This document shows, piece after piece, positions 39,447 to 52,533 of a stretch of DNA of 64,000 nt (within the stretch, counting starts at the first letter, position 1; each line of letters opens with the position of its first letter). The position numbers were made by a program, and so were the translations under genes. The notes beneath the pieces were generated by a model. That model did not search any database. It was not told the DNA's origin and was given only the letters and a program-made list of their open reading frames with translations. The stretch comes from Lytechinus pictus (taxonomy: Eukaryota). The stretch lies in assembly GCF_037042905.1 (NCBI RefSeq), contig NC_087250.1, positions 12,712,001-12,776,000 on the forward strand, written 5' to 3'.

Positions 39447-39533
39447 CAGTAGTAGTAGTAGTAGTAGTAGAAGTAGTAGTGGTAGTAGTAGAAGTGGTAG
39501 TAGTTAGTAGTAGTAGTGGTAGTAGTAGTAGTG

Positions 39534-39581
<48 letters not shown>

Positions 39582-39582
39582 A

Positions 39583-39654
<72 letters not shown>

Positions 39655-42600
39655 TAGTAGTAGTGGTAGTAGTAGTAGAAGTAGTAGTAGTAGAAGTAGT
39701 AGTAGTAGTAGAAGTAGTAGTAGTAGTGGAAGTAGTAGCAACTGCAGAAGCAGCAGTAGTAGTAGTGTTAGCAGTCACGGTAGCAGCAGCAGCAGTAGTA
39801 TTTGCACCAGTAGTAGCAGTAGTAGACTTTTCTCCATTTATTCAATTGAACATGCTTCAAGGCAGGAATTAACATTTAACAAAAACACTCTTCTTACATA
39901 CCATTTTCATCAGTCTCCTGGGGGCAAGTGAGCCCGCCATTGGCTGTTAGAGTCAAAACATGCTTAGTCCTGGTCCTCATGGCATGTAGACCACATGAAG
40001 CACTGCAGGAGGACCAGGTACTCCATGGGCTTAGTTCACAGTCCTGCGGACAAGCTTGATCGCAAGGCCTGGATTTCGCTGGCTCAGACCAAACATCACA
40101 TTGGCTGGGATAAGCAACCAACCCTATTTGTGAAAAAAATAAATGGGATAATTTCATGAAGAGTTTTGTCAGTGATTTGCATCGACAAATGTTAAAAGCA
40201 GCTGGAAATCCTTGTTATGGGGGAATGGGATATTTTCTGACAATTAAGCTTAAAAGAAAGAGGTTGCAGGTCACTGCCAAATCCGTGGCCCCGTCTTACA
40301 AAGAGTAATTTTTTTTTCTACAGGAAATTTGCACAATGTCCTTAGTAAACAAAGAGAAGGACAATTGAATTTTCAAGAAAACAACGAATGCATGAATATT
40401 GATCATAGTTAGAAAATATTTTAAACAAACACGCAAAAATAGATGTTGATGTTGCTGGCCGTCCATAGTTGCGGTTAATCAGATCAATCACAACTCTTTG
40501 TAAGACGGGCCCAAGAAGTAACTATATAAACATTTGATGACTTGATGCATCTGTTTTTTTAATGCCAATTTGTTTCGAACTTTTGGAACGATTTGTGTAC
40601 TTGGTTGACTTTAAAAAATATCCGTTCTTATAAGTTATCTAATTTAGAAATTTGGTTTGGAACATTGGAAAGAGAACATTTTTATTTGGTAAATACCATA
40701 ATACTGTACAGCAAATATTTCATTTTTTTCATGCAAATATAGTAAAACGATTGCTCTTTTTCAATCGTTTCTATGTACTCTAACACAGTTAGAAAAAACA
40801 GAACGCTACATTTCTTTTAAACATAATCGTTCGGAGTTTCACAGAAAAAAGTGGAATATAATTACTATGTTAGAGTAAAGGGCATAGATCTATTTTTGTT
40901 GTTTTGAATTAGATCTGTTGTATATTACTTTAACCTAGCATGGTGTCTATCTATATGAATGTAAAAGAATCATGTATCTATTTCTGAGATATTATTGTTA
41001 AAATGTGAATTGCAAATAAAACTCATTAAAAAAAAAAAAAAAAACATTTGATGACAAGGAAAATAAATTCTAACAAGTGGAATGCCTCTGGCCGTCTCAC
41101 CTGCATCACGCGATTCAATATAGCAGCAGTGCTGATTTTGAAAACTACTATAACTCGCACAAGATGTTCAGTGATACTTGGTTACTCTTATTTCCACGTT
41201 TTATGAACTAGACCAATACACTTATAGAGATATGATGGCAATTCAACAAATACCCCCAACGTGGCCAAAGTTCTTTGACCTTACATGACCTTTGACCTTG
41301 ATCATGTGACCTGAAACTCGCACAGGATGTTCAGTGATACTTGATTACTATTATGTCCAAGTTTTATGAACTAGACCAACACACTTTCAAATTTATGGCT
41401 GTAATTCAACAAATACCCCAATTTGGCCAAAGTTCATTGACCCTAAATGACCTTTGACCTTGATCATGTGACCTGAAACTTGCACAGGATGTTCAGTAAT
41501 ACTTGATTACTATTATGTCCAAGTTTCATGAATCAGATCCATAACTTTCAAAGTTAAGATGGTAATTCAACAGATACCCCCAATTCGGCCAAAGTTCATT
41601 GACCCTAAATGACCTTTGACCTTGGTCATGTGACGTGAAACTCATGCAGGATGTTTAGTGATACTTGATTAACCTTATGTATAAGTTTCATGAGCTAGGT
41701 CCATATATTTTCTAAGTTATGATGACATTTCAAAAACTTAACCTTAGGTTAAGATTTTGATGTTGATTCCCCCAACATGGTCTAAGTTCATTGACCCTAA
41801 ATGACCTTTGACCTTGGTCATGTGACATGAAACTCAGGCAGGATGTTCAGTAATACTTGATTAACCTAATGGCCAAGTTTCATGAACTAGGTCCATATAC
41901 TTTCTAAGTTATGCTGTCATTTCAAAAACTTAACCTCAGGTTAAGATTTGGTGTTGACGCCGCCGCCGCCGTCGCCGTCGGAAAAGCGGCGCCTATAGTC
42001 TCACTCTGCTATGCAGGTGAGACAAAAATCATCAAAGGTAAAAATTAAAGGTATGTTAATGACCTTTCTGCAAGTACAATAAGATATAGATTCGCCCTAA
42101 TTTAAGATCATGCGATAACATACACATCCTCCACTCCCTGGGGAATGTTCCTGTATTCACAAAGCATACATGTACCGGTTTCCTCCTCACAGACCACGCT
42201 CCGTGACTGGTATCCGATCCCTTCTCCGCAGCTCGCCGTTCCATTCATCAGACATCCTTCCTCTTCAGGACCTCCTTCTCCGCACGTGGCTGTTGCATTC
42301 AGTTGACATTCTCCCCATGCCGTGGCCTGCCAGGAGTAGGAATGACACGATACGTGGAGGTTGCATGGTTTGGTCTGGGTCAATTCGTCCTCCGGGAGGC
42401 AGGGGTTCAAATCTTTGTTGAATGGGTAGGCTGGTAGTAAAAGAGAGATCATGGAAATAGAAAATGAGTCACAGATATCAAGACATTCTTTTCTGACGCA
42501 ATGTTAGCCTAGAGTTAGGTAGGTTGGAAGTCATTGGAGGTGTACATGTACTAGTATATCATTCAGACAGAGTCTAAAAGTGATATAGCGCCCTCTCATG

Positions 42601-45600
42601 GTAATACTGTATCCTGTCCCTCCAAACAGGTCTTATAATCACTTTTCAGATTTAGGGAATGAGCATTATTGCATGTACGACTCTCGCCTTTCAGTCAGAG
42701 GGACGTGGGTTCAAATCCCAGCCACGTCATGCTTTCCTTCAGCAAGAAATTTGGTACGCGGCAGGATTAATTCCTTGAATGCACTGAGCGCTGAAAGGCA
42801 GCTAGAGCAAATGCCGGGGTAATATGAATAATATTAATAATAACAATGCGCCTCAGAATAGATTATTTCTAGATAGATTGTCCTATATAAATGCCTATTA
42901 TTATTATAATATTATCTTGGAATTTTCTCCTACTCAATGCTTAGAATTCTTGCCCTAAAAAGGACAAATTTATGTATTTAGTACTTTCAATAGGATTCCC
43001 AGTTGCAAATTAAATCTTACCTACGATTCTCCTAGTTCTTTTCCTTACACCTCCGTTAGGCCCGCAGGACACCGAACAATCCCCCCAATCAGACCACTCG
43101 TTAACTACACAGTCTTCGGCGCAAGGTACGCGACATGTTCCCTGTCTATCCGGCTTCGTCTTGCCAGCGCAGAACGACGCATCGACGCGTCTGTTGAGGG
43201 CGTTTATGCAGTATACCGCTCGGTGGCGGGTGCCAGGCCCGCAGTCGTCGTAGCCACGGTTCAGGAAGCACTTCGTCCATCGACCTGTGTAGTAAAGTCA
43301 AAAAGGATGCATGAGAAATTTTATGATTAGCAATTACAGAACTCTGAATCGGCACATTTTACTGTTGGTTGTAGCTTGATAATGATCCCATGATTTTATT
43401 AAAGGACAAGTCCACCCCAACAAAAAGTTGATTTGAATAAAAAGAGAAAAATCAAACAAACATAACACTGAAAATTTCATCAAAATCGGATGTAAAATAA
43501 GAAAGTTATGACATTTTGAAGTTTCGCTTAATTTCACAAAACAGTTATATGCACATCCTGGTCTGTATGCAAATGAGGAGACTGATGACATCATCCACTC
43601 ACTATTTCTTTTGTATTTTATTATAGGAAATATGAAATATTCTAATTTTCTCCTCATTGTCAAGTGATACAGCGATTAATTCCTCCCTGAACATAAGGAA
43701 TTAGCTTTGTTTAATACTATATGGTTCAGTCAAGTTGGTCCTTATTGTCAAATCTATAAAAAATGAAATATTGTATAATTCAAACAATAAAAAACAAAAG
43801 AAATAGTGAGTGATGGACATCATCGACTGACTCACCTATAGTTGTGCATATCACTGTTTTGTGAAAAATAAGCGAAACTTTAAAATGTCATAACTTTCTT
43901 ATTTTACATCAAATTTTGAAGAAATTTTCAGTGTTATGCTTGTTTGATTTTTCTCTTTTTATTCAAATCAACTTTTTGTTGGGGTGGACTTGACCTTTAA
44001 AAGACATCTTCCAGATATTAGCAAAAAATAACCCTACAATATTGGTGAAAAGTTTAGGAGATATACAGTGGTGCTCAATAGTGAACCCCACCAGGAAATG
44101 ATCATATTTAAAGTGTTCAAGTTCTGCCGTGTTTTAGATTTAATTGAAAGATTTTCTGAAAAAAGTAGAACACTGACTATACATGTACACCAAGTGAATA
44201 TGATCCAAATCATTTGATTCCATTGGATTAAACATGTACATGTATAAAAGTGTCATCTTCTTCAAGGAAGGGAAATGAGGGGGAGGGGGGCATGCATGGG
44301 GGATTATTAGTGTCAGGATATACCAATGATGTAAGGGTGTAAAATAAAGCACTGAGTCACTGGGGAGTATGGGGAGTACAACATGAGGATATTGTCAAAA
44401 AACATCCTGCCATAATTGTTTCGCTCTTGGGATGATCGCCTGCGATAATGAACTTTTCTTGCAAATCCATGTCACGGCATCCTTGATGTGATAATTAGAT
44501 CATGTAGGCATTCGGGAGGTCATTATTGTTGTAATGTGGAGGAAAGAATTGGGCACTGAAAAGGAGGATAGGGGTTTGGTTGGGGGTCAATTAGATAAGA
44601 GGGGGGGGGGGGATAAGCTATACAGACATGCACTACGTACAGGAGAAGCGGCTGCAAAAGCAGGTCTGAGCCCTCTTTTACAAAGAGCTATGATTTGATA
44701 ATTTGACCGTTTGCTGTTGAAACTCAGGAACTTGAGTTGTAATATGAGGTAAAGAACAAGGTACTGGAGGGTACACTGACATAGCAACAGGCCTGGCTCA
44801 TCACATAACCCATTGAAAAGGCTCTTTTTCTTCTATTGACCAACCCCCTACTCGCTCCTGCACCCCTTCTGGTTCCATGACATTTGCTCCGGCGACTCTG
44901 ATGGAAATAAGAGTAAAGCATAAACCCCCCCCCCCCCAACTTCCAACTGCTCTGTCTTGTGGAAGAGCAGTGGTGTAGAGGTTCTGACTCTTGCCTTGTA
45001 AACAGAGGGTATTGTGTTCAAATCCCACCACGGTCTAGCGTCCTTTGGCAAGGCGTTAATCCACACTTTGCCACTCTCGACCCAGGTGCTAAATGGGTAC
45101 CCGGTAGGATGCGAAAGTTACTCTGTTTGAATATGCCAGCGCCATTATCAGGCTGTGATGAATGCAAGGAATGCTCCCCAGGGAGTGGAAATTGTGCGGG
45201 ATAAAAATGAATCCAATGACCAGGGTAATAATATGAGGTAGAGCACTCTTAGCTGTTATGGGAAAAGTGCTATATAAAAACTAGGTATTATCATTATTAT
45301 TAATACTGTACAACAATAAATGAACAGCATGTATGTTTCCTAACTTACCGACATGCCACCATGCACACTCAATAGCTTCACACGCCCTCAGTTCAACAAG
45401 CGGTGGGCACTCCTGGCCGTCAAACAGCGTCTCCACCAGCACTTCTCGGTAGCGCATCTGAACGGCGCCCTCACCGCAGCTCTTGGTACAGGATGACCAG
45501 TGAGTCCAGTGGCCGACTTCACAGTCCACCGGGCAGTCCAGGTAGCAGGCCCGATTGGCGACAGGTTTGAATATGCTTGTGGAATCTGGAGCAGCAGAAG

Positions 45601-48600
45601 GGGATATAAGGTTGTAGGTTTTGTCTTTAAAGGTGAATACCAGTTGTGGTAAAGATCTCAAAATGAGTTCAAACATAATCCAATCAAATTACCAACAAAG
45701 TGTTTGTATACATGTATAAGTAAAAAATATGTGCGAAATGACACTGGTAGAAAATGCGTAATTGCAGAGAAATTAGCAAAATAAGCACAGAATTCCACTA
45801 AATGTCGGGTAGTTTTCCAAGGAATATTAAGCTCTCCCACATACATTGTATGCTTTTCTGTGCAAGTGGTCATCAGAATTATCGATTTTCAGCTAAGATT
45901 TCATGATCTTACAAAGATAAGTTTATATTAATGTACCAGATGTAGATCAATGATGATAATGTAACCATTAAACTTGATTTAAAAGACTTTGTCATTAAAT
46001 AATTGCTTGCTGCAATTACTTTCTTTTACCTTTAACTACATGCAAAAAGGAAGAAAAAAAAAAAACATTTCATTGGAAGCTGTACAGAGATTAGTGATGA
46101 TAGAGTGGGATCACTCTATGACAATTTGGTCTGATAAGGGTTCTAACTTTGTATGTCAACAAACAATCTTGATTGAAAAGAGTTTTTTTCGGATTTAAAG
46201 ATTTCAGAAATGATAATTACAAGTCTTGTTTTCAGAACTTAGTCTGAATGCATATTGATTGAATTCGCTTTACTTTTGTCCTCTTGTGAGGAAAACTAAT
46301 GAAATTCCTATCACTCCTCTTCTTGTCATCATCTTCTACTTTTTTCTTCTTTATTTTTCTTCCTCACCCTTCTCTCTTTTCCTCTTGTTCTTCTGATCTT
46401 TCTTCTTTTCTTGTTCCCTTCTTCTCCTCCTTCTTCTTCTTCTCCTTCTCCTTCTCATCTTCTTCCCCCTTTTTTTCCTTCTACTTCTTCCTCTTCTTCT
46501 CTTTCTCCCTTCTTTTTGATCTTCTTCAGCTCCATTATCTTCTTTGTCTTCTGCTTTTTTCTCTTCTTCTTCTTCTACTACTATTAAATTCTTCTTCTCC
46601 TACTATTAAATTCTTCTTCTCCTTCCTCTTCACTTTGGACTCTTCTACTTCATCTTCTTTTGACATTTTTTCTTTTTCCCTCATCTTCTCTCCCACTCCC
46701 CTTTGTATATACCAAGCAGTGGCAGAACGTGACCCGGAGGAGACAAATGATTGGAAGGGCTCTGTATATTTTTGTAAACAATGCTGTGCCCCTCCAATGC
46801 TTTGTCTCCTCCGGTCACGGTCCGCCACTGATATCAAGAGAAAACAAAGTTCATTGATTGTATACAATAATATTTTAAGGTGGAAGTGATGTCATATTGA
46901 AAATAAACCTTCTCCATTTCCTCTCTGAAAAACAATGGCCAGCATTCAGACTTTTATTAACCAAATAGCTTGTCATAGACCATTGTCTCATTCCATATAA
47001 CATTTGCTATAATGTACAATTTCTATATCAAATTTACTATCAACCAATCAGATTGACGGATTTCAGTAGCTTAAAACTGTTATTTCAAATATGTTAATTA
47101 TAACAAGTTTTATGAAATGGGCCCCAGGACCCGATACCCTTTCATTAAGCTTGCTGCCATGCCAGGAAATTTTGTGAGACATTGTGTAAATAAATACCCC
47201 CTCCCCTTTCGAGCACACAATGACATAAGTCATGTACATGCACAGTATCTTGACTGAGAACCAATATTGACAAAAAAAATTGCTTGTTCACTACCTAGCA
47301 CTAAAATCAAGCCAACTTTGTATTGATAGGATGGGGGGGGGGGACTTTTATATTCAAGTATGTTTAGCTATCTTTGAAGGCTTGTTATTCAGAAAAAATA
47401 CACTTTTGTGTTTTTGTTTGTTATCATTATTCTTTTAAGACATGGAGGTGCAAAGGGTAGGATAGAGCGTTTGTCTTGGGGCAAAAAAATATAAAATAAA
47501 TAAATGAATCAAACGCAAATACACAGAATGGTGGACAGAAAGTTGTTTTAAATAAACGAAACATAGACGAACTTAAAGTATTTTTCCTGAATTCTAGCCT
47601 AAAAAAGACTGCCTACCAAATCCTTGATTGAATGCCTAAGTACTAATTAAAAATAAACAAAAGATAGACACTACTGAAGTGTATTTTTCCCGAAAACCAT
47701 ACAAGCCATAGTCCAGGAAATAGGCTATAACACCTACTATAACCTTATACTATTTCCTTTTGATAATGTGTTAGCATGGCAACTGGTAAACTTGGAGCCA
47801 ACAATATTAATCCAATTGTTAGTGTGCTTGAAAAATCCCCCCCCCCCCCAAAAAAAAAAAATAAATAAAAAATAAAAAATAAATAAATAAATAAAAATAA
47901 CAAATTGAAAAAATAAAATCAAAATAAATAAGTACATAAATAAATAAATAAAAAAAAAAAAAATAATAATAATACAAAGTAAACCAAGATTTTCAGTTAT
48001 TTCTTCAGGATTAAAAATATCATTAAAATGTACATCATCACAAAGTTCAGGTTTGTTTTAAAACCTAATATGATATGAAAAGCTGTACAGATGAGAAAGA
48101 AGAGTGGAATTTCAGTGCAAAATTCTTGGTGCATAGAAAGATAAGTGAAGTTTGTTTAAGCTGCAACAAACTGAAAAGAAGAAGAAAAGAAATGAAAAAA
48201 AAAGAGATATCAAAATAGATGTATGTAAATGAGAAGAATGAACAAAAAATAAAGAAAAGATGAAGTAGAAGAAAAAGAAGAAATGGAAGATTACAAGGAC
48301 TAGGTGGTTCATGAATTAATCTCACCTGATTTCGCGATCAACAAATTATGCAATATGAACTTCTGACCCCCGAGATGACCTTTGACCTTATTATCCTCAT
48401 GAACACACTTGTGGTATCATTGAATGACTATTTATACCACGTAAAAATACCAAGTGTAAACACACTTGGTGCAGAAATAAAGAAATGAGAGCAAGAAAAA
48501 GTAAAATTTGACCTTCTGACCCCTAATGACCTTTGACACTATCATCCTCAACAACGCACACATTGTATTACCCTAGGATTGTATGTACCAAGTGTGGGCA

Positions 48601-51600
48601 AGAAGAAATACATGCAATACCAATAAATATCATAATAACAATAATAAATAATGATAATAAATAATAATAATGATAATACTAAAAATTATGTTTCTACAAA
48701 TAATACTAATAAATCAATAGTAATAATAATTAATAATACCAAAACAACAATAACAATCCCCTCTTTATCCTTTCTAATGCAAACACAGTCTAATCACTCT
48801 AAAGATATTTAAGCCCTAAGGCAATTTGGGTGTCTAGATGGTCATAATAGTCTCATTACCGACACCTACTTTAAGATTATTTGATTAATAGGAGGATATC
48901 ACAGATGAGTGCAGATAGAAGCAGTAGTACAAATTGATACATCCTCCTCATTTCCTGCACCCATTAAAGCCTGCCTTATCTCATTTAGACAAATTAGAGG
49001 TTTGACCAGCAGGGTGCGTTCACACTAGCTCAATATAGCGATTAGATTGCAAAAAAAATGGAAATGAACCATGCCTCATCTCATTTTGATAACTCACAGG
49101 TTTGACCAGCAAGGTGCGTTCACACTCATGCAAGTAGGCAATTTGATTGTATGGAGTGCGCATAGGATAACCTATGTCCATTGTTGGTTACCTCCAGTAA
49201 ATCAAGAAACTCGGAAGATCTTTTTTATAGTCCAATATAAAGGATTCTAGTCAGTTTTTTTTTTAATATCATTTTGGGCACTTTCAGGTGTAGGTGGAAT
49301 AGATTAAACACAAGCAAGGCTAATGTTTAAGCAACAATTTTCCCATATTTTACTCAATTAAAGCAGAGATGTTTTCATACTCAATTGGGAATGAAGAATT
49401 ATCAGCAATATTTCAAAAATTCAAGGAAGGAATATTTGATATTTCAAAAAGCACAACTTATGACAGGTATGATGTAGAAGTCACACAACGACTGCATTTA
49501 ACGCAATCTTATTTTAACGTGAATTTGACACTTGGTAATTCGGTGAGACGACATTTGCTCCTGCGACAATTGCTCCGGGCTTTATTTCATCTAAGATAGG
49601 GTTTGGGTTATAGGATTACAAAGAGTTTATGTAAGGTTTAAGGTAGGGTATAGTGTTACATGGAGGCGTTATGGTCTAGTGGTTGCGACTCTCGTATTTC
49701 AATCAGAGGGACGTGGGTTCAAATCCCAGCCATGGCGTGTTTTCCTTCAGCAAGAAATTAACCCACACTGTGCTGCACTCGACCCAGGTGAGGTGAATGG
49801 GTACCCGGTAGGATTTATTCCTTGAATGCTTTAGCGCTTATACAGCGGCTCATCTACAGCCGGGGTAATAATATGATACTAAGTATCAAGCGCAGTAGAG
49901 TATGCAATTTAGATGCACGATGCAAATGGAACATATTATTATTATTACATCCAGGGTTGAAGTTGGTCATCTCATTAGTGTGTGGAAGTTACAGGGGAAC
50001 AATACTCGCCAGAGAAATAGTCGTCAAAGCAAATGTCTAGGAACCAGTAATCAGAGCCCCGTCTTACAAAGAGTTGCAATTGATCCAATCAATCACAACT
50101 ATGGAAAGCTAGCAAAGTCAACATCTAAAATGCATGTTTGTTCAAAATATTTTCCAGCTACAGATGATGTATATTCATGCATTCATTGTTTTCTTAAAAA
50201 TTCACTGTGCTTCTCTTTGTTTACAAAGGACATTTTGCAAGTTTTCTGTAGAAAAAATTATGACACTGATGGATTTCCATAGAGTTAGTGATTGATTGGA
50301 TCAAATGCAACTCTTTGTAAGACGGAGCCCAGGTCTGTTCATTCTACCTCAATATACCGATTTGATTGAGAAAAATTGTGAATGGAGAAATAGGGGAAAT
50401 TGTATGGAGGGATATCTAATTATAGGTAGACAGAACTGAATTTGATTTGTTCAAACTTCCAGTCTGACAACTTTGTCTGTGAAGTGGAAATAAATGAACA
50501 TTAATACACCTCATTAGCAGTATTCATTACAGTTCTTGCATAATCAATCACAACACGTACCATTCTGATTCAATATGACAGCATTAGTGCTATTAATAAC
50601 CAACGGTAATGTTAGAGAAGGCGGTATTAGAGCAGGAGCAAATGATGGTTTACCCATTTCTGACAAGCGGGAGGGGGTAGAATACAGATTACAGATTTAG
50701 GACAAAGAAAGGATACATGTAGATCACCCCCCCCCCCCCCAAAAAAAAAAAAAAAAAAAAAACTGCTAGTGTCTATGAGATTTACTCTGAAATCTATGTA
50801 ATGTTACCCATTCCAAATTTCCCATTAAAGGGGAAGTTCACCCTGACAAAAAGTTTATTGTAAAAATAGCAGAAAAAATTATAAAAAATATTGCCGAAGG
50901 TTTGAGAAAAATTCATCAAATAATTAAAAAGTTATTAGAATTTCAATTATTTGATTTGTGACGTCATGTGCGAGCAGCATTCCTACATAGCGAATGGTAA
51001 AAAATCAATGAAATTTCATTTTCTCAGAAAATTGAAAATGGTTTTCACTGTACCTTTTGTATATAAATAGACAAATCATTTCACACCCGATCATGAATAG
51101 GAAACAAAATTAAGTCATCAGGAACCATAAAAAATATGAAATTCATGCATTTTATATTACATAACACATGGGGCAGCTGCTCGTTTATGACGTCACAAAT
51201 CCAAAACTTTGAACTCTAATAACTTTCTTACTCTTTAACGGATTTTCATCAAACCTTCACCAATATTTTTAACTATTTTTTCTGCTATTTTTACAATAAA
51301 GTTTTCCTCAGGGTGAACTTCCCCTTTAAAGGGATGAGAAATTATCTTACACGTTGTGGGTATGTCATGGTGTGGTGGTTCAGACTCTCCCCTTATGGTT
51401 GTGGGTTCAAATCTTACTCCAGTGAGAAATTTATATGCTGTCCAACACTCTACCCAGGTGAGGTGAATGGGTAACCAATAGAATTTATTTCTTGAATGCT
51501 TTTAATAGTGCCTTTGTAGTGTAACTGGAGGCTGCGCTATATAAATGGGTCTATCATTTACATTCTGACGGTTATACGTTTACGCTCCTTACCAGAATTA

Positions 51601-52459
51601 AAGCAGAATTCATCAGCTACTGGTGACAGTACGTCGCTCCTGCTATCAATGCAGAAGACTTGCCTAGTCTCAATACCAGCCCCACATGGGGCACTCGAAT
51701 TCTGGGTTACTCTGCACTGCTGCCAGTCCTGATATAGAATAGAATCAAATAAAGTTTAGAATCAAGACTACCAACTGATATCTGACTATCAATGGTAAAT
51801 TGCCAATTCTTCCACTGCCAACTCGTCCACTCACCACCTGGTCCACCTTCATTTAGTAGTCTAATGCCATTCTGTCCATCAACATTTTGTCTAATGACCA
51901 TGTGGTCTAATAACCATTTGGTCCATGCGATCATCACTCCTCATCATCATCACTATCATTCATCACCACAATAATCGTCTTCATCCTCATCGCGATCAAC
52001 CCCACCACCACTACTATCCCCCTCCTTCTCCTCCCCACCCCCTCCCACCTCCTCTTCCTCCTGCTTATCATCAACATCATCATTGTCCTCATTTGTCAAT
52101 ACCACCACTATCACCCTCCTCCTTCTCATCATCACCATAGCGACCATTGGTACCAATGTTATGACCTACCTGGAGATATACCATTCGTACTGGGGACATG
52201 CTGTCATGTTTTGAATCAAGCAAGGCTAATGATCCGTCAGAGGGGGGCATGGGAGCCCCCCATCATCATCACCACCATCACCATCATCATCACCATCATC
52301 ACCATCATCATCACCACCATCACCATCATCATCACCATCATCATCACCATCATCATCATCAATTATCATTATCATCATCATTATCATCACCATCATCTTC
52401 ACCATCACCATCATCACCATCACCATCATCACCATCATCATAATCATTTATCATCATTG

Positions 52460-52492
<33 letters not shown>

Positions 52493-52501
52493 ATTATCAT
52501 T

Positions 52502-52533
<32 letters not shown>

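Noticed and set aside
38688..39931. Long poly-Ser/Val/Thr/Leu/Tyr ORFs
   Set aside because: Translations of the (AGT)n microsatellite inside an intron; no splice or domain support.
41160..41940. CRISPR-like array
   Set aside because: Whole ~163-bp units repeat with no unique spacers; eukaryotic context and no cas genes.
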